Positions 9,901-20,888 of a stretch of DNA of 64,000 nt are shown piece after piece. Source of the DNA: a bacterium. Its GTDB lineage: Bacteria > UBA8248. Made by a program: the position numbers and the translations under genes. The notes beneath the pieces were generated by a model. That model made no database searches, was not told the origin of the DNA, and was given only the letters and a program-made list of their open reading frames with translations. The stretch spans positions 256,001-320,000 of the forward strand of contig OZ241326.1 of NCBI GenBank assembly GCA_965199855.1. Reading direction: 5' to 3'. The stretch's first letter is position 1; each line of letters begins with the position of its first letter.

Positions 9901-10368
9901 CGCGCATTTGCCCGCATTTGCGGTTATGGGGCTTTCCCCTGAACGCGCGAGAATCCGCCAGCGAGAGGGAGGAGGCGAACGCATGGACTTCGGAATACGA
10001 ATGATGACGAAGGCGAGGGCGTGGGTCAGGGCGTTTGTCGCCCCGCGCCGTTCCCGCGTCATCAATTCCGATGAGAAGGAAGGATTGCGGAATCCGTCAT
10101 TTTCCCGTCGGCCCCGGATTGCGGGTTCCGCAGGCGCGACGCGCGCGCTCCGTTCGCGCCATGATGAAAACGATCCCGTTTTCGACAAAATCCGACAAAT
10201 TCACGCCTTTATCCCGCAAATTCACGCCTTTTTTCGACAAATTCAAGACCCTTCGGAGCGCGGAAAAAATATCAAATCATTGAAAATAAACGGATTATGC
10301 GAAAAAGCGGCGCCGGGAGGGGGTATTTCGCAAGGCCGCGGCATCTGCCCGCATCTGCGCGCATCCGC
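9901..10368 (+). repeat. Dispersed intergenic element, copy 1 (21-bp phased repeats, IHF consensus)
   Basis: Strong reverse-complement match to 48894-49282; CAAATTCA at 10196, 10217 and 10238; TATCAAATCATTG at 10270-10282. Confidence 0.85.
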
Positions 10369-10384
10369 GCCGCCCCGGCGGGAG

Positions 10385-10558
10385 CGTAGGGACAGCCCCC
10401 TTGTGGTTGCCCTTCGCCGCCTCCTCGTCCCGCCGAGGCCCAAAAATCCCGCAGGAGTCGTTCGGGAACGCCCCGCCGTCTACGGATGCGAACCCTTCCC
10501 CAAAACGGGCGGCTCGCGAGCCGCCCCTACGAAGGCGAATCGCGTCCGCCCTCTACGA
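10385..10558. repeat. REP mosaic (GTAG-type palindromes)
   Basis: CGTAGGGACAGCCCCCTTGTGGTTGCCCT, GTCGTTCGGGAACGCCCC and CGGGCGGCTCGCGAGCCGCCCCTACG. Confidence 0.85.
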
Positions 10559-10597
10559 ACGCGGCGCGGGGCGATCGGGGGTCGGACGCCTCCCGGC

Positions 10598-11374
10598 TCA
10601 TCGCCCCTTCCATTCGGGCTTTCGCTTCTCCAGAAAGGCGCGCAGCCCCTCCGCCTTGTCCTCGGTCTCGCAGAGCGCGCCCTGGGCGAACTTCTCGAGC
10701 GCCAGGCCCGCCGTCATGCTCCCCTCCATCCCGAAGTGCACCATGGCCTTCATGAACTGCGGGACGAAGGGCGCGTAGCCCGCCAGCTTCCGGGCCATGC
10801 GCCTTACGGTCGGCAGGAGGTCGTCGGCTTCCACCAGCCGGGTGACGAGGCCGATTTCCAGGGCGCGCTCCGCCCCGATGACCTCGCCCATCAGCAGCAT
10901 CTCCATCGCCCAGGCGCGCCCGACGAGGCGGGGCAGGCGCTGGGTGGCGCCGCCGCCCGGGATGATGCCGATGCGCCCCTCCGGCGTGGCGAATTTCGAG
11001 GCCGGCGTGGCGATTCGCAGATCGCAGCCGAGCGCCACCTCCAGGCCGCCGCCCATGCAGTAGCCGTTGATGGCCGCGATCGTCGCCTTGGGCGTTCTTT
11101 CCAGCCGCTCCGCCACCCCCTGCACCAGCGGGGTGAGCGCGAGGGCGAGATCGCGATGCTCGACCTCCTCCAGGTCCGAGCCCGAGGCGAAGGCGCTCTC
11201 GCCCGCTCCGGTGATGGCGATGGCGCGGACGGCCTCATCCCCGGCGGCTTCGGCGATGGCGGCGTGGAGGTCGTCCAGCGTGGCGAGGGATATGGCGTTG
11301 TGCCGCTCGGGGCGGTTGATGGTGATGAGAGCCAGGGGCCCCTCCGTCTCATACAGCGCGTTCTCGTATGGCAT
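10598..11374 (-). CDS. Enoyl-CoA hydratase/isomerase
   Basis: INRPE..NA, AAINGYCMGGGLE.ALGCD and PE..IG.IPG.G motifs; start MPYEN at 11374. Confidence 0.92.
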   Translation of the reverse strand: MPYENALYETEGPLALITINRPERHNAISLATLDDLHAAIAEAAGDEAVRAIAITGAGESAFASGSDLEEVEHRDLALALTPLVQGVAERLERTPKATIAAINGYCMGGGLEVALGCDLRIATPASKFATPEGRIGIIPGGGATQRLPRLVGRAWAMEMLLMGEVIGAERALEIGLVTRLVEADDLLPTVRRMARKLAGYAPFVPQFMKAMVHFGMEGSMTAGLALEKFAQGALCETEDKAEGLRAFLEKRKPEWKGR

Positions 11375-11409
11375 GGCCGTTCTTTCTCTCTCGCGGCGGG
11401 CGACCGAAG

Positions 11410-12402
11410 CTAGGCGCTCCTCACGACCCGGTTCTTCAGGACGCCGATTCCCTCGATTTCGAGCTCCACCACGTCGCCGGGGCGCAGCCACCGGTCGAGG
11501 TCCGCCCCGCAGCCCGCGGCGACGGTGCCCGAGCCGAACATCTCGCCCGGGAGGAGCTCCTCCTCCATCGAGGCGTACTCGATCATCCCCTCCCAGGAAT
11601 GGTAGGCGTCGCCCGCGTTGCCCCGGCTCCACTCCTCGCCGTTGACGCGGGCCGTCATCACCGCGTCGGCGGGGTCGAACTCGTCCGGCGTGACGATGCA
11701 GGGCCCCACCGCCGTGCCGAAGTCCTTGCCCTTGTGCGGCCCCAGCCAGTTCCTCATCTCCCGCATCTGGATGTCGCGCGCGCTGAAGTCGTTGAGCGCG
11801 CTGAAGCCGAAGACGTGCGCCATCGCGTCCTCTCGGCGGATGTCCCTGCCGCGCTTTCCGATGAACATGGCGAGCTCCAGCTCGTAGTCCAGCTTTTCGG
11901 TGTAGCGCGGCCATTCGAGCTCGTCTTCGGGGCCGATGACGCTCAGGCGGTTTCCCTTGTAGCAGGAGGGCAGCTCATACCAGACGGGGTCGATGGAGAC
12001 GCCGCGCCGCCGCGCGCCGGCGGCCTTGTGGCCTTCGTGGATCAGAAAGTCGCGGAACGAGACGGGACGAGGCGCCGGGGCGCGCAGACGCGCCTCCCCG
12101 AGCGGAAAGGCGAGCCGCTCGCCCCCCGGCCCGCGCCTGCCGGGGTCGGCCAGGATGAACGCCTGCGCCGCCCGCGCGGCCTCCAGGGAGGGCGCGCCGC
12201 CCGCCATGAGCTCGCACATGTCCTGGGGAAGCCTGAAGTCGGCGTATTCCCGAAAGCGGGGCTCCCGCCCCTCCTCCCGAAGGAGGGCGGCGTAGCCGTG
12301 GGCCAGGTCGAGCGCGACCTCCCGCTCCCCGTCCCGCGCCAGCGCGCCAGCGCGCGAGACGGGGCCCAGAGGGGTGGCGACCTCAAAGGTGATGAATTTC
12401 AT
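11410..12402 (-). CDS. Fumarylacetoacetate hydrolase family protein
   Basis: LDYELE, NDFSARDIQ, KGKDF and GSGT motifs. Confidence 0.9.
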   Translation of the reverse strand: MKFITFEVATPLGPVSRAGALARDGEREVALDLAHGYAALLREEGREPRFREYADFRLPQDMCELMAGGAPSLEAARAAQAFILADPGRRGPGGERLAFPLGEARLRAPAPRPVSFRDFLIHEGHKAAGARRRGVSIDPVWYELPSCYKGNRLSVIGPEDELEWPRYTEKLDYELELAMFIGKRGRDIRREDAMAHVFGFSALNDFSARDIQMREMRNWLGPHKGKDFGTAVGPCIVTPDEFDPADAVMTARVNGEEWSRGNAGDAYHSWEGMIEYASMEEELLPGEMFGSGTVAAGCGADLDRWLRPGDVVELEIEGIGVLKNRVVRSA

Positions 12403-12560
12403 TGTCCCGTTCCTCGGGCGCGGCCGGCGGCGCGGAATGCGGCGGGCCTCCACCCTTCGGAAAAATAGCACGATTTCCCCCGCGCGGGCAGGCGCTTCTC
12501 CCGGAGCCTCCCGGCCGGGGAGCGGGAATCCCGAAAGCCGCAAAAGATTTCCTGAAGGTC

Positions 12561-12589
12561 TTGACTTCGGCTATGGGTGCGGGTAGATT
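12561..12589 (+). promoter_or_regulatory. Sigma70-type promoter of the atp operon
   Basis: TTGACT-17 nt-TAGATT upstream of the first atp gene. Confidence 0.6.
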
Positions 12590-12712
12590 CAGGCGGTTTT
12601 CGGGCGGGGCGGCGGCCTCCCCGGAAAACGAGCGAATTCATAAGCCATTCCCCAACGGTTTTCGTGGAAGCGCCTGAACCTTTCGGGGGCGGGCTTATGC
12701 CCGACGCGGGAC

Positions 12713-13309
12713 ATGACGAAAGAGGAAGCGATGCCCCGGTTTTTTCGCCTCAAGCGATTCGCGCCCGCCTCGGCGCTGGCTCTCGCCGTCCTCGCCGCTC
12801 CGGCGGCGTCCTGGGCGGCGAGCGCCCCCCAAAGCGGCTTCGGGGCGTGGCTTTCGGGCTTCAACCTCGGCAGCGGGGCGCTCATCATCAACCCGGTCGT
12901 CATCGCCGTGCAGTGGGCCAACTTCCTGATTCTCCTCCTCATCCTGAACAGGATTCTCATCAAGCCCCTGATGGGCCTCATGGAATCGCGCGACGCGGAG
13001 ATAGCGGGCGACGTCGAGGCCGCCGGGCGGGACAGGAGCGAGGCGGCGGGCTACGTCAGCCAGTATGAGGATTCGCTGGCGGAAATCCGGCGGGAGAACA
13101 CCGAGGCCCTCATCGCCCTCCAGCAGGAGACGGCGGAGACGACCCGCCTGCGCCTGGACGGGATTCGGGAGAGAACGGGCCGCGAGCTGCAGGAAACGCG
13201 CGAGTCCATCGCGGCGCAGGCGCGGGCGGCGGCGGCCGATCTCGAGGAGAGCGCCGGCCGCCTGGCGAGCGAAATCGCCAGCAAGCTCGCGGGCCGCGGC
13301 ATCGGATAA
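12713..13309 (+). CDS. atpF: ATP synthase F0 subunit b'
   Basis: QWANFLILLLILNRILIKPL transmembrane segment then coiled coil; start may be 12731; N-terminal extension. Confidence 0.85.
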   Translation: MTKEEAMPRFFRLKRFAPASALALAVLAAPAASWAASAPQSGFGAWLSGFNLGSGALIINPVVIAVQWANFLILLLILNRILIKPLMGLMESRDAEIAGDVEAAGRDRSEAAGYVSQYEDSLAEIRRENTEALIALQQETAETTRLRLDGIRERTGRELQETRESIAAQARAAAADLEESAGRLASEIASKLAGRGIG

Positions 13310-13324
13310 GGGACGGCGGAAATC

Positions 13325-13918
13325 GTGCTTTCAGCGAAATGGCGCCGGCTTCTTCCGGGGCTTGCGCTCGCGGCGGCGCTCCTGCCGCCGGAGTGCGCTC
13401 TGGCCGCGGCGGCCCACCACAAGGCGTTCAGCCTCACCGAGGAGCTCTTCAAGCTCGTCAACACGCTCGTCGTCGCGGGCATTCTCTACAAATTCGCGTT
13501 CCACCCCATCAAAAACTTCCTGAAGGACAGACGCGAGGGGGTTCGCAGGGCGCTCGAGGAGGCCAGGGCGGGGCGCGAGGCGGCGGAGAAGGAGCTCGCC
13601 GAGCAGAGGGAGAAGGTGGCCGACCTGGAGGCCGAGCTCGATCGCGTCCGCGAGCGGGGCGAAAGCGAGCGCGCCGCGATGCGGGAGAAGCTCGAGGAGG
13701 AGCGGGAAAGCCAGGTGAGCCGCCTGCTGGAGCAGACGAGATCGACCATCCAGCTGGAAGCCTCCCGCGCGAGCGCGGAGCTTCGGAGCCGCGCGGCGGA
13801 GCTGGCGCTGGGTCTCGCCGAGGAGATGCTCAAAAAAGAGCTGGGAGAGGCGGATCAGGAAAGGTTCGTCGAGAACTACCTCGCCGGACTCGACAAGAGG
13901 AACGGAGGCGCGCCGTGA
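13325..13918 (+). CDS. atpF: ATP synthase F0 subunit b
   Basis: VN..V..GILYKF...PI..FL..R then coiled coil; operon context. Confidence 0.88.
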   Translation: MLSAKWRRLLPGLALAAALLPPECALAAAAHHKAFSLTEELFKLVNTLVVAGILYKFAFHPIKNFLKDRREGVRRALEEARAGREAAEKELAEQREKVADLEAELDRVRERGESERAAMREKLEEERESQVSRLLEQTRSTIQLEASRASAELRSRAAELALGLAEEMLKKELGEADQERFVENYLAGLDKRNGGAP

Positions 13919-14457
13919 CGGGCGGCGAGGCGGCGCACCGCTACGCGCGGGCATTGGTGGAAATCGCCGAGAAGCGCGGCGTCCTGGACGAGACCGGAGA
14001 GGCACTGGCCGAGGCCGCGGCCGAACTGCGGGACAGCCGCGAACTGCGGAGCGTCCTGCTCAACCCGCGCTTCGCGCGAAGCGCGCGGGTGAGGATGCTC
14101 GAGGAGATCATGGCCGCGTCGGGCGCGAGCGAGCTGCTCCGCAGCTTCGTGCGCGTGGTCGCCGAGAAGGATCGCGTCGGCGAGCTCTCCGCCATGGCGC
14201 GGAGCTATCAACAGCTGGCGGACGAGAGGCGCGGCCGCGTTCGCGCCCGCGTGAGCGCGGCGCGCGACCTGGGCGCCGACGCCTTGGAGAAGCTGCGCGA
14301 GAAGCTCTCCGCGATGACGGGCAGCGAGGTGCTCATCGAGGTGGAGAGGGATGAAAAACTGATTGGCGGGCTGGTCTGCCGCCTGGGCGGCGTCGTCATG
14401 GACGGCAGCATCAGCAACCAGCTCCGCGGCCTGCGGAGGACGCTGCTTGCGGATTGA
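13915..14457 (+). CDS. atpH: ATP synthase delta subunit
   Basis: A.RYARAL, L.NP and LIGG...DGSI..QL motifs; GTGA overlap with upstream gene. Confidence 0.92.
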   Translation: MTGGEAAHRYARALVEIAEKRGVLDETGEALAEAAAELRDSRELRSVLLNPRFARSARVRMLEEIMAASGASELLRSFVRVVAEKDRVGELSAMARSYQQLADERRGRVRARVSAARDLGADALEKLREKLSAMTGSEVLIEVERDEKLIGGLVCRLGGVVMDGSISNQLRGLRRTLLAD

Positions 14458-14498
14458 CGCTCCTTCGGGAGCCGGCTGAAGGATCAAGGGGACAATTC

Positions 14499-16037
14499 AT
14501 GCAGATTCGCGCCGAAGAAATCAGCCAGATCATCCAGAAGCAAATCGAGGGCTTCGACGCCTCGGTCGAACTCGCCGAAACGGGCACGGTCATCTCGGTG
14601 GGCGACGGCATCGCCCGCGTCTATGGCCTGGAGAAGTGCATGGCGGGCGAGCTGCTGGCCTTCCCCGGCGACCTGTACGGGATGGCGCTCAACCTGGAGA
14701 CCGACAACGTCGGCGCCGTGCTCCTGGGCGACGACCGCGCCATCCGGGAGGGCGACGAAGTCAGGCGCACGGGCCGCATCGTTGAGGTGCCGGTCGGCAA
14801 GGCGATGGCCGGCCGCGTCGTGAACGCGCTGGGCCAGCCCATCGACGGGAAGGGGCCCATCGAGACCGAGGACTCGCGGAACCTGGAGGTCATCGCCCCC
14901 GGGGTGGTGGATCGCCAGCCCGTGAAGGAGCCCCTCCAGACCGGGATCAAGGCGATTGACGGCATGGTGCCGATCGGGCGCGGCCAGCGCGAGCTCATCA
15001 TCGGCGACCGGCAGACCGGCAAGACCGCCATCGCCATCGACGCCATCATCAACCAGAAGAACACCGACGTATACTGCATCTACGTCTGCACCGGCCAGAA
15101 GCGCTCCACGCTCGCCCAGGTGGTGGGCACCCTCGAGGAATACGGCGCAATGGACTACACCGTCGTCGTGGCGGCCACGGCGTCCGACCCCGCGCCCCTG
15201 CAATACATCTCACCCTACGCGGGATGCGCCGTCGGCGAGTATTTCCGCGACAACGGAATGCACGCGCTGATCATCTACGACGACCTCTCGAAGCAGGCGG
15301 CCGCCTACCGCCAGCTTTCCCTGATGCTCCGGCGCCCGCCGGGCCGAGAGGCGTATCCCGGCGACGTGTTCTACCTGCACTCCCGCCTGCTGGAGCGCGC
15401 GGCCAAGCTCGGCGACGGGCTGGGCGGCGGCTCGCTTACGGCGCTCCCCATCATCGAGACGCAGGCGGGCGACGTGTCCGCCTACATCCCGACGAACGTG
15501 ATCTCCATCACCGACGGGCAGATTTATCTCGAATCCGCCCTGTTTCACTCGGGCATCCGCCCGGCCATCAACGTGGGCCTCTCCGTCTCCCGCGTGGGCG
15601 GGGCGGCGCAGAACAAGGCCATGAAGAAGGTCGCCGGCACCCTGCGCCTCGATCTGGCGCAGTATCGGGAGATGGCGGCGTTCGCGCAGTTCGGCTCGGA
15701 GCTCGACGCGGCCACCCAGGCGCAGCTCGCCCGGGGTTCCCGCCTCACGGAGCTGCTCAAGCAGCCGCAGTACGCGCCCGAGGTGGTGCATCGCCAGATC
15801 ATGTCGATCTTCCTGGGCACGCAGGGGTATCTGGACGGCGTGGACATCGACGACATTCAGAAGGTGAACGGCGATTTTCTCGCCTTCATGGAGACGAGCC
15901 GCGCGCAGCTGGTGAGCGATCTGGCGGAGAAGCGCGAGCTGACCGACGAGATCACCGAGGGGCTGCGCGCCGCGTGCGAAGAATTCGTGAAAACGCTCAA
16001 GGCGGCCGAGCCGGCGGCCGCCGCCCCGGCCGAATAG
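14499..16037 (+). CDS. atpA: ATP synthase alpha subunit
   Basis: GDRQTGKT and [22 protein letters not shown]. Confidence 0.99.
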   Translation: MQIRAEEISQIIQKQIEGFDASVELAETGTVISVGDGIARVYGLEKCMAGELLAFPGDLYGMALNLETDNVGAVLLGDDRAIREGDEVRRTGRIVEVPVGKAMAGRVVNALGQPIDGKGPIETEDSRNLEVIAPGVVDRQPVKEPLQTGIKAIDGMVPIGRGQRELIIGDRQTGKTAIAIDAIINQKNTDVYCIYVCTGQKRSTLAQVVGTLEEYGAMDYTVVVAATASDPAPLQYISPYAGCAVGEYFRDNGMHALIIYDDLSKQAAAYRQLSLMLRRPPGREAYPGDVFYLHSRLLERAAKLGDGLGGGSLTALPIIETQAGDVSAYIPTNVISITDGQIYLESALFHSGIRPAINVGLSVSRVGGAAQNKAMKKVAGTLRLDLAQYREMAAFAQFGSELDAATQAQLARGSRLTELLKQPQYAPEVVHRQIMSIFLGTQGYLDGVDIDDIQKVNGDFLAFMETSRAQLVSDLAEKRELTDEITEGLRAACEEFVKTLKAAEPAAAAPAE

Positions 16038-16044
16038 GTGGAGC

Positions 16045-16926
16045 ATGGCGTCAACCAGGGACTTCAAGCGCCGCATACGCAGCGTCAAGAATACCCAGCA
16101 AATCACGCGGGCGATGAAGCTCGTGGCGGCCTCCAAGGTGCGCCGCGCGCAGGAGCGCATCGAAAGCGCCAGGCCCTACAGCGAGAAGATAGAGGAGCTG
16201 GTGAACTCCCTCGCCGCCAAGGCGCCGCCGGACGTCCACCCTCTTCTGCGCGACGACATGAAGGACGCGAGGGCGCTCCTGCTCGTCATCACCTCGGACA
16301 AGGGTCTCTGCGGGGGATACAACACCAACCTGCTTCGCCGGGCGCTCCAGTTTCTCAGGGAGCGCGAGGACGCGGGCAAGGAGACCGGAATCGCCGTCGT
16401 CGGGCGCAAGGGCCGCGATTTCCTGACGCGCCGGGGCTTCGGGTTCAAGGAGCAGTTCACCGACGTCTACGGGAAAATCGACTTCTCCCTGGCGGCGCGG
16501 CTGACCGAGGTCATGACCGGGGCGTATCTCGAAGAGGGCTTCGATGAGGTCCACGTCCTCACTACGGAGTTTCGCACCATCCTGAGCCAGCGCCCGAGGC
16601 TCTCCCGTCTTCTGCCCCTGGCGCCTTCGGCGCCCGACGCCGTGGACGCGCGGGGCGAGCCCGTGACGGCCGAGCATCTTTACGAGCCCTCCATGCAGGG
16701 CGTGCTCGACGCGATTCTGCCGCGGCACGTGACGGTGCAGACATACAGGTCGCTTCTCGACGCGGAAGCGAGCGAGTTCGGCGCCCGCATGACGGCGATG
16801 GACAACGCCTCCCGAAACGCGGAGGAGATGATCGGGACGCTCACTTTGCAGATGAACCGCGTGCGCCAGGCGTCGATCACCACGGAGCTGCTCGAGGTGG
16901 TGGCCGGAGCTGACGCGCTCTCCTGA
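16045..16926 (+). CDS. atpG: ATP synthase gamma subunit
   Basis: ITRAMKLVA, SDKGLCG, ARMTAM and RQASITTE. Confidence 0.99.
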   Translation: MASTRDFKRRIRSVKNTQQITRAMKLVAASKVRRAQERIESARPYSEKIEELVNSLAAKAPPDVHPLLRDDMKDARALLLVITSDKGLCGGYNTNLLRRALQFLREREDAGKETGIAVVGRKGRDFLTRRGFGFKEQFTDVYGKIDFSLAARLTEVMTGAYLEEGFDEVHVLTTEFRTILSQRPRLSRLLPLAPSAPDAVDARGEPVTAEHLYEPSMQGVLDAILPRHVTVQTYRSLLDAEASEFGARMTAMDNASRNAEEMIGTLTLQMNRVRQASITTELLEVVAGADALS

Positions 16927-16956
16927 AGGATTCGGGAGCGAAAAAATCATCCCTGA

Positions 16957-18432
<1,476 letters not shown>

Positions 18433-18435
18433 GGA

Positions 18436-18861
18436 ATGACCGAAGGCAGGATGACGCTCGACATCGTGACGCCCGAGCGCAAGATCGTCTCCGCCAGGGT
18501 GGACGAGGTGACGGCCCCCGGCTTTTACGGCGAGTTCGGGGCGTTGCCCCGGCACACGCCCTATCTGTGCAGGCTCGGCGTCGGCGTGCTCAGCTACCGC
18601 GTCGGCAGCGCGCGGTATTTCGTCTCGATCGTCGAGGGGTTCGCCGAGGTGGGCCCCGACAGAATTACCATTCTGGCCGAGAGCGCCGAGCGGGCGGAAG
18701 ACATCGATTCGGGCCGCGCCGAGGAATCCCGCAGGCGCGCGCAGGAGCGCATGGCGGGCCGGGCGGAGGAGGAGCGCTTTGACTTCGAGCGGGCGGAAGC
18801 TTCCCTGAGTCGCGCCATCGCCCGCATCTCCGTGGCGCGAGAGAGCGGCCTTGACGGCTGA
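18436..18861 (+). CDS. atpC: ATP synthase epsilon subunit
   Basis: IVTPE, GEFG.LP.H, GFAEV and ILAE.AE motifs. Confidence 0.97.
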   Translation: MTEGRMTLDIVTPERKIVSARVDEVTAPGFYGEFGALPRHTPYLCRLGVGVLSYRVGSARYFVSIVEGFAEVGPDRITILAESAERAEDIDSGRAEESRRRAQERMAGRAEEERFDFERAEASLSRAIARISVARESGLDG

Positions 18862-19022
18862 CAGGCGCTTCGCATGGGAGCCTCCGGCCCGGACGGGCGA
18901 GCGGGCGGCCCCGTTTTCGTTCGCCGTCGGAGGCGCGCGCCGAAGTTTCCCGCCTCGCTAGGCGCGCTTGTCCCGATGCGCCGCCGGAAGTGAACGCCTT
19001 TATGTTCCCGGGAGGTCGCGCC

Positions 19023-19469
19023 ATGAAAACCCTTTCCGCAGCGGCTTTCGCTCTCATTCTTTCGCTCGCCCCGGCGTCGCCGTCCCATCCGGCGGGAGAC
19101 CCCAAGCCTCCCGCGCCGGACGAGGGGAATTACTCCCTGGGAGAGGAGAGGGCGCGGCAGGGAAAATGGGCGGAAGCCGCGGCGCTGTTCGCAAGGGCGG
19201 CGGAGGAGGACCCGCGGCACTACCGGGCGCTCAACATGCTGGGCTATTCCCTGCGGAGGATGGGGCGGACGAAGGAGGCCCTCGCCGCCTACGACAGGGC
19301 GCTCGCCGTCAAGCCCGACTACGCCCCCGCCCTCGAATACAGGGGCGTCGCCCACGTCATGGCCGGAAACAAGGCGGCCGCCCGGGCGGATTATGAAAAG
19401 CTCAAGAGTTTGGGCTCGCCTCTCGCCGCGGATTTGCGGGAGAAGATTATGGCCATGCCGGCCAACTGA
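19023..19469 (+). CDS. Exported TPR protein
   Basis: Signal peptide; ALNMLGYSLRRMG and ALEYRG TPR-like helices. Confidence 0.8.
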   Translation: MKTLSAAAFALILSLAPASPSHPAGDPKPPAPDEGNYSLGEERARQGKWAEAAALFARAAEEDPRHYRALNMLGYSLRRMGRTKEALAAYDRALAVKPDYAPALEYRGVAHVMAGNKAAARADYEKLKSLGSPLAADLREKIMAMPAN

Positions 19470-19481
19470 TCATAAATTCGC

Positions 19482-19520
19482 CAAAACCGCCCCGGGCCAA
19501 GAGTCCCCGGGGCGGTTTTG
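19482..19520. terminator. Probable bidirectional intrinsic terminator
   Basis: CAAAACCGCCCCGGG / CCCGGGGCGGTTTTG inverted repeat between convergent genes. Confidence 0.7.
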
Positions 19521-19665
19521 CTTGTGGGCCGCGGCGCGCCCGAACGCCTTGGCGTTCCGTCGTGATTCGGGACGGAATCCGCCCGCGCCTTCGAGGAGAG
19601 CCCCGGCCTTATCCATCGGCTTCCGCGCGGAGACCCGGCATGAAGGGCAGGCGCTTCCCTTTTCG

Positions 19666-20856
19666 CTATATCCGCATGAACTTCATGGGGAACTTCTGGA
19701 GCGAGCGCGCCCCCGTCCTGGTGATTTCCACGAGGTTGCCCGCCTGGAGGCCGCGCTTTCCGTCCATGGTGCAGACGTTGGGCTGAATCACCATGAGCAT
19801 CCCTTCCCGGAAGGTGATCTCGTTCTGGGGACGCTTGATGAGGGCGGCGTCAACGTCGATTCGGGGGTTTTCGATGAGGAGGCCCCAGCCGTGGAAGGTG
19901 GCGTCGAAGGTGGTGAAGCCCTCCTCTTGGATGACTGCGCCCGCGCGCCTGACGTCCTCGTGCGTCGCGCCCGGCCGGAGCGCCCTGAATATCCGCTCAT
20001 ACGCCTCGACGGCCACCTCGTAGAGCTTCCGGTAGATGGCCGTCGGCGCGGCTCCCACGGAGATGGGGCGGTGCGCCTGGCCCGGGTGCATTTCATAGTC
20101 GGCGGAGAGCTCCGTCAGCACGACGTCGCCTTTTCGGATTTTCCGGTGGGAGGGGAACTGGTTGGGAAAGATGAGGCGCGGCCGCGCCATGGACGTGGAG
20201 CCCACGAAGATGAGCTGCGGGCTTCCGCCCCTGGGAACGTATGCGCCCGAGATGAGGGCGGCGAGCTCGAACTCGCTCATGCCCGTCCTCGCTTTTTTCT
20301 CCAGCGCCTCGAAGGCCATGTCCGTCAGCGCCGCTCCGCGCCTGAACCATTTGAGCTCCTCCGGGCTCTTGACGAGCCGCGCGTCCGCCAGGATGTCCGA
20401 GGCGTCCGTGAACCGCGCGCCCCTCAAGGCCTTTCGCCAGTGATCCACCACGCCGTAGGGCATCGACACCGGCAGGATGCCGCGAAAGCCGACCAGGCCG
20501 ATGACGCCCTTCGCAAGCCCCAGCTCTCGGATGCGCCGCTCCACCTTCGGGCCCGGCTCGTAGTCCACGGCCTCGGTCTTCTCGATGACGCTCATCTTTT
20601 TCGCGTAGGGGAGATAGAGCCGGTTCGATATGAAGAGAGCGGGCGCGCCCTTGAGTGGAAAGACGAAGAAGCTGCTCACCGGGTCCTTGTAGTTCGTGAC
20701 GTATTTGAGATTGGCCTGGTTGCCGCCCTGCATTCCGGAATCGCCATAGAATACGAGCGCGTCGATTCCCCCCGCGCGCATCCTTTTTCTGATCTCCCGG
20801 TAGCGGCGCGCGTATTCGGCCTGCGGATAGCGCGGATAGTCTTTCGCCGAGGCCAT
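19666..20856 (-). CDS. M24 family (Xaa-Pro peptidase/creatinase-like) protein
   Basis: Creatinase-like N-terminus, R.VKS.EE and HGWGL; several canonical metal ligands appear substituted. Confidence 0.8.
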   Translation of the reverse strand: MASAKDYPRYPQAEYARRYREIRKRMRAGGIDALVFYGDSGMQGGNQANLKYVTNYKDPVSSFFVFPLKGAPALFISNRLYLPYAKKMSVIEKTEAVDYEPGPKVERRIRELGLAKGVIGLVGFRGILPVSMPYGVVDHWRKALRGARFTDASDILADARLVKSPEELKWFRRGAALTDMAFEALEKKARTGMSEFELAALISGAYVPRGGSPQLIFVGSTSMARPRLIFPNQFPSHRKIRKGDVVLTELSADYEMHPGQAHRPISVGAAPTAIYRKLYEVAVEAYERIFRALRPGATHEDVRRAGAVIQEEGFTTFDATFHGWGLLIENPRIDVDAALIKRPQNEITFREGMLMVIQPNVCTMDGKRGLQAGNLVEITRTGARSLQKFPMKFMRI

Positions 20857-20888
20857 GTCTGGCGTCTCCCCGGAGGCCGGAGGGCGCG

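Noticed and set aside
10181-10290. Chromosomal or plasmid replication origin
   Set aside because: No rep, dnaA or par gene adjacent, no clear DnaA boxes, and two copies exist; kept only as an iteron-like architecture
9901-10368. Classical MITE with terminal inverted repeats
   Set aside because: End motifs are in direct orientation and no target duplication could be identified
9908-11413. 501-aa ORF as a real protein
   Set aside because: Runs through REP palindromes and antisense to an enoyl-CoA hydratase; frame not conserved in the second element copy
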